Assembly: GCF_006345805.1 (NCBI RefSeq)
Contig: NC_043006.1
Span: 52,018,001-52,082,000, forward strand
Source: Octopus sinensis
Lineage: Eukaryota
Direction: 5' to 3'
DNA: 64,000 bases
Positions 39,685-53,095 of the stretch are shown piece after piece. A program made the translations under genes and the position numbers. Every line of letters starts with the position of its first letter. Position 1 is the first letter of the stretch. Under the pieces are notes generated by a model that had not been told where the DNA came from, did not search any database, and saw only the letters and a program-made list of their open reading frames with translations.

Positions 39685-39932
39685 CAAGCATATATATATA
39701 TGTGAAAGGATGAGAACGTGTGTATGTATGTGTGACAACGTGTGTAAATATAGATGTGTAGATATATATTTGTGTTACATAATTCGTGGGAGAGGTCTGA
39801 AATTTCATATGAATAATCGGAAGCCGGTACTAAGTGTTCTCCTGATCCCTACCGGATATTATATTTCCTTCCTTGTTTGAAAAATTGTTATAAATTTCAT
39901 TCATGCAAACGTATTTCCTGTCAAGGAAAAAT

Positions 39933-40223
39933 GGTGCTATGTCTTTTCGTCCGACATCACTTCGTCAAACGTTTTTTCGTCCACGTCTTTTCGTCCGACG
40001 TCTTTTTGTCCGATGATTTTTTTGTTCAACGACAAATCTTATAGATAAAATTCTCAATGATTATTTCATTTCGATGTTCACCATGTTTTCTAAAGACTTT
40101 ATTTAAAATTGGACAAAAATCGTTGGACGAAAAAATTCATGAGACAAAAAGACGTCGGACCAAAAGACGTGGTGAACAAAGTGACGTTGGACAAATTGAC
40201 ACCGGACGAAAAGTCGGGTCTTG
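39933..40223. mobile_element. Foldback-type MITE with tandem ~15-bp subrepeats in each arm and an 8-bp TSD
   Basis: Left arm repeats TTTTCGTCCGACG-like units and the right arm their reverse complement. GGAAAAAT is duplicated at 39925-39932 and 40224-40231. Confidence 0.75.
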
Positions 40224-41062
40224 GGAAAAATAACAGGAAATTCATCGAAACCTCGTCACTTCTTTGCTGTCAATAAGGTAGTTGAAAGTAACACTTGAAA
40301 CAAAATTCTTTTATCACGTAGCCAATTACGTTTCTTCATTGCCAGCCAAATAGCTTTTTATTTACTATTTTACTAAAGAAACCGTTTGAATAAATATAGA
40401 ATCACTTTGAAATATGTAAATAACAGTCATGTGTATGTTAAAGATATTATACCTTCATGTCTGATAACATAATTACGAAAACAATGAATGTCCTTTTAAC
40501 GATAACGATATTGTAAACAGTGGTGTTTTGTATTGAAACCGAAAGATATTAGATATCACGAAGTTTCTGTAGTTGTCATTTCCAGATATTTCATTAAATA
40601 AACACAATATATTTATAAACAGTTTTCAATAGAAGTCTGCTCCCAGAAGAGAAGGTCTAGCTCGGGAATTTATTACGGAACAACACACACACACACACAC
40701 ACACACACCACACACACACACACACACACACGCACGTGTACGAATCTTTAGGAGGGATAATACATGCAACCGTGCTGCGATCGCAGGGCGCACCCGGGTC
40801 TGTTAAGTAATCAGGCACTCAAAAAGAATGACTATCCAGACTTAATAAGCTTGGGTAATCATGAAACTTTTATTGAAAGTTGTTTACAAACACGCATACA
40901 TACATACATGCATGCATGCATACATCCATACATACATACATACATACATACATACATACATACATACATACATGCATACATGCATACATACATACATACA
41001 TACATAAATACATACATACATACATACATACATACATACATACATACATACATACATACATA

Positions 41063-43218
41063 CTAGTTAGCTCTGCCAGAGACAAAATTGATTTCCAAAT
41101 GCAGAACCACCCACATGGCAAAAAACTACCGGCCAATTGCATGCCAGAACTTAATGTATAAGATATATACATCAGGTGTAAACCTCTTCCTCCGGGAGTT
41201 TTGGGAAACCAATAGCATCATCACAAATGACAAGCAGCTGGGAAAAAGAGAATCTGGGGATGTGCCGAGCAATTGTTAATCAACAAAACTGTGGTGTCAG
41301 AGGTGCGAGAGCATAGGAGGAACTTAGATTCAATGTGACTAGACTACAAGAAAGCCTTTGACTCTGTTCTCCACTCATGAATGCTAGAAGCCTTTCAACT
41401 TGCAAAAGTTCCAGTGAGCATAGTCAAAGCTATAGCTGACCTGACATCATCGTGGACCACCGTCTTGAAATTAAACTCAAAGAGTGACTGTATTATCACT
41501 GATAAAATACAGTATCGCAAAGGCATATTCCAATGAGACAACCTCTCTGTGATGTTGTATATACTTTCTGTAAACCTCTTGTCATTCATGTTAAGGTAGT
41601 ATGAAGGATATCTCACTGGTTTACAAGGAAACGTAAATATCAAAATTACACACTTTCTTTGTGGATGACTTAAAACTTTATGTAAAGAACTAGCAGTATC
41701 GCCCGGCGTTGCTCGGGTTTGTAAGGGAAATAACTATATAAGCATTTATAGAGAGTTACTTCCCTTATATAAACCGAGCGAAAATGCATTAAAAATGCGG
41801 AAAAATTATGGTAATTTTTTTTTTAAATCGTAGACTCATCGTCGACGCGAGTTACTTCCCTTATATAATAGCAAAAAAAATGCATTAAAAATGGGAAAAA
41901 ATTATGATAATTTTTTTTTTAAATCGTAGACTCATCGTAGACGCGCGCTAATACCCAGAAGGGCTCGATATGAATCCCGACTATAAGATACCCGCTTTTT
42001 GTTAAACTGCACCGCAAAATGTGGGAGTAGTTAGGAATCTAAATCGTAGGAGACAGACACACAACTTTACTTTTATATATAAAGATATGCATGAGAGGAA
42101 AAAGATCCTCGACCTAGTTACAACATTCTCAAAGGATGCAGGATTGAAGTTTAGTCGGGATAAATGTTGTTATATGGTTGTGAAAAGGGAGAAAACTACA
42201 AACCAGACTAGTAACGTCTCCATCAATGATTTGACCGTTTCTCCTATAAAACTTGGAAGGCAGCTCCTTGAGCAATATTCTTTGTCTGATAACCTAGAAT
42301 ACATACCCAAAGAAGTGGCACGACTCTACCGCAATGTATCATCAGATGTAAGGATGAGTCTATATGGATATGTTAGTAGAAAGATGACAGTAATATCGAT
42401 CATCAAAGCAGTTTATCATGGATCAATAGCCGGATTACTACTTCCCACTTTGAAGGGTATGCGTTTGCAGTCCAGGAACAGGAAATATCAACCAAATACC
42501 TGATGCACAAAAGAATAGAGATGCAGGAAAAGCAGTAAAATGTGACAACCAATGCACACTTTGTAGAGTTAACACAGAAGATATAACCTATATCATAAGT
42601 AGTTGTCCGAAAATGTCATCACGGTATAATCTACCGAGGATACATGATGTTGTAGCTAGGACACTCTAAAGTGAAATCTGTCGGAAGAATAACCCCGGGG
42701 AAAAAGAAATAGGAACCCACAGTTTGGTAGAAGCCATAGCCACTCATAATAAAAAGGAATACTGGTGGAATGTCCCAGAGAAGACCTCAATAAAATGTAA
42801 GCACAACAGACCTGATATAATGATTTGGATTAGAAGAGAGAAACTGTGCACAGTTGTGGAAATTAGTTGCCCAGTGAATGTTAACATAAAGCTGAAGGTA
42901 AGTGATAAAGAGAATACCTACGTTGAAATACAAAGAAATCTGCAGTTACTCTATCCAAATTACGAATTCAGGTCTATACCTGTAATTATTGGGGCCCTGG
43001 AATATGTAATACACTGCCTAAATACCAATCTTGAAAATTAGGCTTCTCAAAACCAGAAAGGAGAAAGCTAATTCGAAGACTACAGATCCAATCCATCAAT
43101 TGAACTGTAAAAATCTGTAAAACTTGCCAGAAGTTTATCATTTAAATATATATGAGCATGTCTAGATATGCAACTATATGCATGAGAGTACATATATAAA
43201 GCAAAGCATACAAATCTG
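41063..43218 (+). mobile_element. 5'-truncated, decayed R4/Dong-like non-LTR retrotransposon (RT, zinc knuckle, RLE) between (TACA)n tracts
   Basis: KNYRPIACQNLMYK, DYKKAFDSV, GIFQ*DNLS, FVDDLKLY, CTLCRVNTEDITYIISSCP...HDVVA, KHNRPDIMI...VVEISCP, IPVIIGAL. Many stops. (TACA)n at 40895-41062 and 43219-43340. Confidence 0.92.
41690..42085 (-). mobile_element. Complete non-autonomous Helitron inserted in the LINE RT domain
   Basis: Minus strand reads A|TC...CCCGAGCAACGCCGGG...CTAG|T with no TSD. Removing it restores the RT frame. Confidence 0.95.
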
Positions 43219-44019
43219 CATACATACATACATACATACATACATACATACATACATACATACATACACATACATGCATACATACATACATACATACATA
43301 CATACATACATACATACATACATACATACATACATACATGTATACTAGTAGATCTATACATGCGTTCATACACTATATTTGTGAGTATAAGTGCGTGTCT
43401 AAATATATAAGCAGACATAAGATACATATTTATGCATGCGTGTAGGTAAGTGTGCATACAAATACATGCATTTATAGACAGGTTTGTGTGATTTATTTCA
43501 ATTGATCCAAGCTTATGTCGCTCTGGAGTTGCCTCAATGTTTAATGGTTTCATTGGACAATAAAGACTAGATGAGGACAACAAAATTCTTCCTATAATGG
43601 TAAATGACAGAAACATACGAGTTGTTAATCAATTGGTCACCCAGGAGACAACAGTGTATAACTGGTTAGCAAACTACTTGTGTTACAGTACGTACACGAC
43701 TTTAGCCATGAGTCAACAAACAAAAGTACAGAAACTACGATTTATTTTCACTAATCCACTAGCCTTGAGTTATCTTTCACTAACCATTCACCGAGGTGCA
43801 AAGCCTGCGCCAATGAACGCTAAAACCTAAATACTTCAAACCGTTCAGCGTCTTTCTGGCAGGGCATTTTTGACATTTATTTTGATACTTGGATTTGATT
43901 TTGGTAAATCTGTTCGGTATCCCAACTCTCTAAATTGAGACAGTTTATTTCGTCGAAGATTCCACTGTGAATGAAGCGGCAATTTTTTGAAATGCGTTGA
44001 AACTTAATTTTTACTAAAT

Positions 44020-44427
44020 AGGCGTAGGAGTGGCTGTGTGGTAAGTAACTTTCTTACGAACCACATGGTTCCGGGTTTAGTCCCACTGCGTGGCACCTTG
44101 AGCAAGTGTCTTCTTCTATAGCCTCGAGTCGACCAAAGCCATATGAGTGGATCTGGTAGACAGAAACTGAAAGAAGCCCGTCGTATATATGTATATATAT
44201 GTATGTGTGTATGCATATGTTTGTGTGTCTGTGTTTGTCCCCCCAACATCGCTTGACAACCGATGCTGGTGTGTTTACTTCCCCGTAACTTAGCGGTTTG
44301 GCGAAAGAGACCGATAAAATAAGTACTAGGCTTACAAAGAATAAGTCCTGGGGTCGACTTGCTCGACTAATGGCGGTGCTCCAGCATGGCCACAGTCATA
44401 TGACTGAAACAAGTAAAGAGTAAAGAG
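44020..44427 (+). mobile_element. SINE family B (tRNA head, CORE-like CACCTTGGGCAAGT, internal TG tract), full length
   Basis: Aligns end to end with 57294-57676. Partial copies at 11765-11905, 18330-18415 and 60110-60250. Confidence 0.9.
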
Positions 44428-44903
44428 TATAATGAAAACGACACTCGATAAATTATATAAGAAACAATTGGTTTATGGTTTGTAATGTCTTTTCGTGATC
44501 TCAACGTATTCATTTAATTTTTCTTATTATTTTGAGGCTTCAAGATTGGAAGAATTGCTGCCGATTTTAATGACTCTTCGTATTGTTATTTTAAGTACAT
44601 TTCTTATGTTTTCAAACTTTTGTTTTCAATATTGCTGTTTTAATGACTCATGTATTAAACGCTGAATCATTTGATGCTTCAAATTTACAAGGAATTTATA
44701 AAACTTGAATTCTTACATATCCGTTAAAAGACAATGGTTAAAAATATTTTTTCCACGAAATATTTACAGCATTGTTCTCACAAGATTATCAAAATGTTAA
44801 TCCTTATTCTCAAATGGTTCCGGGAAATTTATATTGAGATATATTTAGACACAACGTATCTGATAAATTTGCTCTTGTACACCATTTGCAGACGTAGGAT
44901 CTG

Positions 44904-44907
<4 letters not shown>

Positions 44908-44936
<29 letters not shown>

Positions 44937-45306
44937 TGTATGTATGTTGTATGTATGTATGTATGTATGTATGTATGTATGTGCGTGTGTATGTATGTAT
45001 TATATATGTGTGTGTATGTATGTGCGTGTGTATGTATATATGTGTGTATGTATGTATATATGTATGTATGTGTATGTATGCATGTATGTATATATGCATG
45101 CATCTATGTATGCATGTATGTACGTATGTATGTATGTATGTATGTATGTATGTATGTATGTATGTATGTATGTATGTATGTATGTATGTACGTATGTATG
45201 TATGCATGCATGTATGTATGTATAAACGTATGCATGCATGTATGTAAGTATGTATGTATGTATGTATGTATGTATGTATGTATGTATGTATGTATGTATG
45301 TATGTA
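44908..45306. repeat. (TATG)n microsatellite
   Basis: Seen directly. Confidence 0.98.
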
Positions 45307-45709
45307 CATTTGTGCGTGTGTCTGTGTTTACGTTTACACCGCTTGAAAACTATTGTTGATTTATTTCGTCCCTTAACATATTGATAATGAATAGATCGAT
45401 AATATAAATACCAGACTAAAATGAGCTCTTGGATTGATACGTTCAACTAAATATTTGAAGATGGTATCCAAATATTAAATAAATAAAAAATCATACTCAT
45501 ACACAAACATACAAACTTACACACACACATACATATAGTATATTCATGAAAAAACATATGTGCATGTGTCTGGTGTATATGAGTGTGTGTGTGTGTATGA
45601 GTGTGTGTGTGTGTATGAGTGTGTGTGTGTGTGTTTGTGTGTGTGGTGTATGAGTGTGTGTGTGTTTGTGTGTGTATGTGTGTGTGTGTGTGTGTTTGTG
45701 TGTGTTTGT

Positions 45710-45741
<32 letters not shown>

Positions 45742-46049
45742 GATGAGTGTGTAATGAATGTGCTTGTTCACAGCTATTCGTTTTTTATGCAAACCAGGCA
45801 TAATACTTGTTATGAACATCGATGTTATTAAGTAAGTGTTAATAACAATATTATTAACTAAGAATCAGACTCTTTGCTTGATAAAATAATTCAACTTTAC
45901 GCCTGCTACCCTCGATTTGCCTCTCTCCTAGAGATTCGTGCGAAGATTTTGGAAGAAACCATTGAGTAGAAAGTAACATTTGACAACCATTTGGGACATA
46001 TTGATACATTTACACAGGCAATGCAACCGAAAACGTCATGAAAGTCCCA

Positions 46050-46478
46050 AAATATCAACCAAGTGCATGATGCACAAAAGGATAAAGATGTAGGAAAAGC
46101 AGTAAAATATGACAACCAATAGACACTTTGTAGAGTTAACATCGAAGATATCAACCACATCATAAGTAGTTGTCCGAAAATGTCATCACTGTATTATCTA
46201 CCGATAAGACATGACGTTGTAGCTAGAACACTCTATAATGAAATCTGTCGGAAGGATAACCCCGCGGAAAAAGAAATATGAACCCACAGCTTGGTAGAAG
46301 CCATAGCCACTCATAATAAAAAGGAATACTGGTGGAATGTCTCAGTGAAGACCTCAATAAAATGTAAGCACAACAGACCTGATATAAGCAACAGACCTGA
46401 TGTAAGCACAACAAACTTGATATAATGATTTAGAATAGAGAAGAGAAACTGTGCACAGTTGTGGAAATTAGTTGCCCC
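46050..46478 (+). mobile_element. Second fragment of the R4/Dong-like LINE (zinc knuckle and RLE region)
   Basis: Near-identical to 42483-42871, with a local triplication of AAGCACAACAGACCTGAT. Confidence 0.9.
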
Positions 46479-46790
46479 AAATAGAAAATCTTTAAGCCTT
46501 GCACTGCACACAGATCAAAATACATGTGATGTCTTCTTTTCATTTATGTTGAGAAATATGTTCCGAGTTACCTACCGTTGTAACATGTTGGTTTTTATCC
46601 ATCTGCTGCGTTGTGGCGTTCATATGGAAGGCTGAGATGTTGGGAGTCACATAGCATAATGAACGTCACATAAGCGCACATATATATATAACAACACAGT
46701 ACAATACAAGTAAATAAACATACATATATACATACAGTCATGCACACAATCATACATATATACATACATGCGTACATATATAATATATAT

Positions 46791-46847
<57 letters not shown>

Positions 46848-47528
46848 CTTTCATACACTAAAAATGTTAGAAGTTGTTGAAAAAATACCGACTGTATACT
46901 AGATATTACTATTATAAATATCTTTCATCAGTAACTGTTTCAATCAAAAATTAAAAGAGAAATATTCTTTAAGTTCACTTCCTATTCTCGTAAAATATCC
47001 AGAAGTCTTGTACCACATAATGAGTTTAATCTGTTTCAGTTATAGATCTTAAAGGTTCTTAGATCTTCCTGAAACGTTTCACTCTTCAAAGAGGAATAAA
47101 AAGTTCGGATCAAATTTCAGTGCCCAGATGGAAACAATATGGTACCTTTCGCACAAGATCCTATTGGAAGATTCCTTCTTTATCTATAAGCCTTTGATGG
47201 GATACATTGGTATAAACTGTCGACGTCCTTTTGTAATGAAACTATCGATAAGAGATAGAGGAGTTGACTAAAAAAAACGATAAATAATTAGTATAGACGG
47301 TCAACGGAGAAACTGTCCTAACATAAGGGGATTATATTTGGAAGGCTGTTGTGATTTATCAGAAATGGTGATATGTGCGTGCGTGCGTGCGTGTGTGTGT
47401 GCGTGTGCGTGCGAGTGGGCGTCCGTGCGGGCATGCATGTGTGCGTGCGTGCGTGTGCGTGCGTGTGTGTGCGTGCGTGTGAGTGCGTGCGTTTGTGTAC
47501 ACACACACACACGCATATATATATGGGC

Positions 47529-47559
<31 letters not shown>

Positions 47560-48357
47560 CTAATATTTCAATAAAATATATGAGCATAAATGATTTTCAT
47601 CACAGACAGAATCAATGCCAAGCAATTTCTGTCCTTAACGAAGGAAAGCATGCTGAGTTGCTTCGTTAGAACAGTAAGTTGATGGATGAAAACCTCCGGT
47701 TTACTTTTGGGTAAACATTGGGCCCAATAAATACTGACCGGATACTTTCGAAATGCACGAGACCAAGCGAAGATATTCGAAAATAGACTCAAAAGCGAAG
47801 AATGTTCCGAAGTAGGACTAATGTAAATTGTGTGAAACGAGAAAAATCTGTTCCATTAATTCAGAAAGTCACTGAACTTATTTATAGATATGAGAAATCC
47901 TGCGAGACAAGTTGTTATTACTTTGTTGCCCATCGGTTCTTAGCTTAAATCCCCTTCAGTTATTTCGCTATATTTCCCAGCAGAATCTTTATAATCTACA
48001 TTGATTCTGTTCATCAAGTTTTCGAGAAGAGGTCAGCTAAACCATCTGAGAATGATATCAGTGATAGGCTGGCATCTCATTCAGCAGATGTGATTTACTT
48101 CGAATCTGTTTTAAACCATAAAGCTGGAGTAAAGAATCCACTGTAATGATATTCTGTCCCTCGGCACAAAAAATAAGTTATTTGTTATTTAACCGGTGTT
48201 TGTCATTCGGTATTGAGTTGGAAAGTCAGAGCTGGCAGACTTTTCCCAAACACTTTGCTTTGCTCCCTCTAAAACACAAATAACTTTCGATAAATAATTA
48301 CTACGTTGTGGTAGTTAGTACTGTAAATAAAGCAAGATACGTTATAACTAATTAGTA

Positions 48358-48494
48358 CACTGGCTCCCAACCCTTTTATTTAAATGGGTTTTCCCACGGA
48401 CCCCTTTTAATATGCTTATCCTTATATATATATATATATATATATTCACGGAACCACAGTACTACCTTTGCAAACCCTAGGTTGGGAACCACTA
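48358..48494. mobile_element. Decayed hAT-type MITE
   Basis: Termini CACTGGCTCCCAACC / GGTTGGGAACCACTA. No clear TSD. Confidence 0.55.
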
Positions 48495-49032
48495 AATCAG
48501 TACTTCTTTAGTTTTAGGTGTTGTGTTCAAATCCTCTTATGGGTTAGAAGACGGCAATGAAAATCATTCAAGTGTATGCAGACTTCTTTGAATTACCATA
48601 CGAAGAGAACCCAAAGATACATTTCATTTAGGAGAAAACATTCCGAGTTTTCAGATAATCATGTATGATATTTCAACAAGTGAATCTGTACATGATTCTT
48701 AAAGAGTAGGAAAAAACAAGTGGCCAGAACATTAACGCTATGTTCCTTGACCAGCTGGATATTTGCTTTAATATTAGATGTTTGTCTATTTATGGCCAAT
48801 AAATAATTATAAAGTTGAATTAGTGGCAAAAGCTAACGATACACTGATGAAAGATTGTGATGTACCCTCTTCATATAAACTGACAAACAGCTTAAAGCCT
48901 TAGAACCTCGCACATTTTGTTAGCCTTATACTGAGTGACGCTTAACAGCTGTACAACACTGTGTCAACGAGACCGGCATATACAGTAACATTAGCCAATA
49001 CATGATAAGCACAAAGACTCCCAGCAACTCAC

Positions 49033-49184
49033 CTCTCAATGACGAGGTCCAGTTCATTGCCAGCTCTAAGAATTTCCATCTTAGCTCCTTCGTTATTTAT
49101 GTCCTTGACAATATTACTACATATTTTGAGAATGACATCACCAGGCCGAAGTCCTTTCTTGGCTGCTAAACTCTGGGGTGTAAC
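49033..49184 (-). CDS. Internal exon encoding the C-terminal part of a PDZ domain (PDLIM/Zasp-like gene)
   Basis: Acceptor TGTTTGTCTTTGTAG, donor GAG|GTGAGT, phase 0 to phase 2. Encodes VTPQSLAAKKGLRPGDVILKICSNIVKDINNEGAKMEILRAGNELDLVIE(R), the S.A...GL..GD.I..I PDZ signature. Confidence 0.95.
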
Positions 49185-49663
49185 CTACAAAGACAAACAG
49201 AATTTTAAAATATATAACAAAAACTTATGCAAAAATGTTCTTTAAGATCTAAATTGCCAACGAAATGCTTTTAAAATGTTTAAATATAATTCATAGATAG
49301 ACCATTAGAATTCAAAATTAAAAGATTTATGTCCGTTTTCTTCCTTCCGTGTCTCTGAAAGTATCTCGCGTGTCAGAGAACGTATTAAGCACTTCGCCCA
49401 ATCTTTTCACCTCATCAATATCTATTATATCACCTTTCATATTTGTGTGCTTTTTCGATTGGACTCTGTTCCCCAATCGTATTCATGTGCACTATTTATA
49501 CATCAATATATTATCTCAAGTTGCGTTTCAAACACGAAACGTTTATTTCTAACGCATAGTTAGTTTTTTCATTAGTTTCTGATTCTCTTCTGATGCCATT
49601 TTTGAACTGCCTCAAATCAGTCCCTAGTCACCTTTTGAACACATATGGTGGTTTCTTCCCATC

Positions 49664-49706
<43 letters not shown>

Positions 49707-50646
49707 CAAGATACTCTCATGTAACAACATATCTTTTATCTATAAAAACAAATATTTTATCCTGGAATATTCGTAAGGTTATAATCCTACGGATCAGACA
49801 TTCAAAGCATCACAATTATATGTCATCCAATATCCATGATCAAAACATCGTGGTTTCGATCCCAGAATGGATGGCATGTTGTGTTCTTCAGCAAAGCACT
49901 TCATTACACGTTGCTCCAGTCCACTCAGCTGCAAAATGAGTTCCAGCAATAGCGATCGGCGTCCAGTTTACGTTCCGGTGTTATGAATCCCGGAGCTCAA
50001 GGTAAAACTAAGTCAAATATCCAGGATATATCCTCAGCTGATGTTTGATTTGGTTGATATATATATGATGAAAATACATTAGACATTATACAGCGTATGA
50101 ATTAATTCTATAAAAGGCTGTATTTCCTGGAGCCGAGATATAAATAGTAGAATCGGTAGAAAATCAGACAAAATATCGTACAGTTTAGACATGTCCATTT
50201 ATCATCTAAGGCCAAACCTTGCAATATCGTCTTTGCCTTTTCCATCTTCACGTTTTAGTAAAATAAGTATCATGAGCATGCTGAAAGTTGTTGTAACCAA
50301 TACTATACCCGTTTCTGTACAAATATGTGACTGTGTGTCAATATTAGAAATTGATATATTTCTAACCTTCCATACATCTTGATATATTTACATAGGTATG
50401 TGTGTATGCATGTATATTTGTATATATGTACGAAAGTATGTATGTATGCTTGAAAGGAATGTATATAATACGTACATACATACATATATATAAACAATGT
50501 ATATATATATATGCTTGTAAAGTATTCATGCATGTAAGTTATTTATGAAAGGTTGTAAATATATTTATTAGTATGTAAGTTAGGTATCTATGTTTTCCTT
50601 TTTAATCTTTGAATGCAGTCTACGAAGAAAGGGGCTGTACATATAT

Positions 50647-50720
<74 letters not shown>

Positions 50721-51227
50721 TATATAGTTGTATATCATTTAGTTATATATCATTGACATTTAGAGAGCAACAATAGCAAGGACTTACAAGTCAGATTTTA
50801 ATAAGGTCTTGCATATTTTCCCTCTTCCAATTACAGATTAAATTTGCAGAATGTGTCAGCTAGTCTACTTCTTTGCCTGAAATCTTAGCATTTCGAGTTT
50901 ATTGCTTAAGCACCTAGGAACATAGTTAAATAGATCCATGGTTACAAGTACATATATGAATTTATAAAATGGCTAGGTAAGTACGAGATTAACTGCTTTG
51001 AGGCAGTTAAGTTCCTACTGATTTTGAAGAATATATAGGTGATTAACTTAACGACTAACCCACCTATAACATTGCCTGCATATTTATCATTAAGAAAAAG
51101 GAGCTTCGTAATAAAGAAACGAAATACCATTGCTGTCATTCAAATAGCCAAACAATACTGAATATTAAAATTTTTCCTCTTACACATTGAATTTGTAAAG
51201 TGTACATGAGCTTGTCCTCAGTAATTA

Positions 51228-51792
51228 TTGGGCTGTCCGGAATGTTCGAGCCGATTTATAGTAGCTTACCTTTCGACTTATTTTAGAACATGGCTGAGTC
51301 CATAAAATAAGATTTGACTACACCTCCATTTAGAGTACAGTTTAAGCTATCTTTTTGTGGAAGAAGGTTTATGTTCCTATAAACTGTGTTAATTCTGTAA
51401 CCCTTTAAAGTGGAAGATAAGAAAGTTCATTTTCGGCTCTTGATGCTTTGGGAACCAGACAAAAATTGCTGCAGTTCGGCTGGGATGTGTTACCCCAGCC
51501 TCCATATTTCCCAGATATTGCTCCTTCGGATTTCCACTTATTCAGGTCTCTGCAGAATAATCTTAATGATAAAAAATTCAATTCCTTGGATGACGTAAAA
51601 AGATACCTTGATGAATTCTTTGCCATGAAACCACCTCAATTCTGGGAAGAGGTTATTTTCAAGTTAAAAGAAAGATGGAGACGCATTGTGCAACAAAATG
51701 GTTCATATTCGGTTGATTAAAAATGAAATGGCAAGTATTTATTGACCTTTTCTTTCCTTTAAAAATTGGCACGAACTTTCCAGACAACCCAA
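51228..51792 (+). mobile_element. Internally deleted mariner element with both TIRs and TA TSD
   Basis: TA|TTGGGCTGTCCGG...CCAGACAACCCAA|TA. ORF 51448-51720 (GWDVLPQPPYFPDIAPSDFHLFRSLQN) is only the transposase C-terminus. Confidence 0.95.
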
Positions 51793-52530
51793 TATGAAGT
51801 TATGTATTTATGCCTCTATGCTATGCACAAGCATATTAGACAAGTATGTGTGTATATTATCCATGTATGTATATATATATATGTATATATGTATGTATGT
51901 ACGTTTGTATGTATATATGTATGTTAGTATGTATGCATGTGTGCATGTATATATGCATACAGTTTGGCATATCTATGTATGTGTTAAAGTATGCTAGTAA
52001 CAACCAATGAAGAGGCTAGGAAAACGGCATCCAATGAATAAACGCGAAAACGTAAACCAATGAACAAGCACTTGACCACACACACACATGATGGTAGTCT
52101 CTCGTAACCAGAGAAAGACGATCCTGCAATTTTTTGCTGAACATTCTACACAAGTGATTTACTTAGGGGTCCATTACTTAGGGATCCATTAAATCATCAT
52201 TGCCTGGACTGGTGCACGGTGTACCACACGTCAGTTGATGATTGTAATCCCGGTCCCAAACTTGAAACTATGGTCTCGCGATTGTGAGTGCAACATCCTA
52301 GCGACTACGCCAATCGCCCTCGCTTACACATGTATACATATATAATTGGCAATAGAAGACAATGCCGCTGCGATACTAGACAGTGAGGTATAGCTGTAAT
52401 GGTCGTAATCAGTAAGGCGGTAACTGGGTAATTATATTATCATCACCATACATGAAAGCAATCGTAACAGTAATGTATGCAACCCGTCAGCAAATCAATA
52501 CATTGGAGGCTGTAATATTTATTTATTGAC

Positions 52531-53095
52531 AAAGGTGGCGAGCTGGCAGAAACGTTAGCACGCCGGGCGAAATGTGCAGCTGTATTTCGTCTGCCGTTAC
52601 GTTCTGAGTTCAAATTCCGCCGAGGTCGACTTTGTACACAACTAGTACTTTATTTATCGACCCCGAAAGAATGAAAGGCAAAGTCGATCTCAGCGGAATT
52701 TGAACTCAGAACGTAGCGCAGACGAAATACATATTTCTTTACTACCCACAAGGGGCTAAACACAGACAGGACAAACAAGGACAGACAAACGGATTAAGTC
52801 GATTACATCGACCCCAGTCTTTAAAAAGCAAAGTCAACCTCGGCGGAATTTGAACTCAGAACGTAGCAGCAGACGAAAAAACCTATTTCTTTACTACCCA
52901 CAAGGGGCTAAACACAGACGGGACAAACAAGGACAGACAAACGGATTAAGTCAATTATATCTACACCAGTCCGTAACTGGTACTTATTTAATCGACCCCG
53001 AAAGGATGAAAGGCAAAGTCGACCTCGGCGGAATTTGAACTCAGAACGTAACGGCAGACGAAATACCGCTAAGCATTTCGCCCAGCATGCTAAAA
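52531..53095. mobile_element. Composite SINE family A locus: plus-strand head fragment facing a minus-strand tandem multimer
   Basis: 52531-52634 is plus strand. 52640-53092 holds three minus-strand units. Confidence 0.85.

Noticed and set aside
44810-45446. Stacks of YIHT/MYVC/CVCV ORFs here and across the window
   Set aside because: Di- and tetranucleotide microsatellites lack stop codons by construction.
47606-47673. Plus-strand AG/GTAAGT-bounded segment [22 protein letters not shown]
   Set aside because: Isolated, with no partner exon or convincing homology. Such sites arise by chance.
51448-51720. Open mariner ORF, a possible domesticated gene
   Set aside because: Only the C-terminal third of a transposase inside a multi-copy deleted element.
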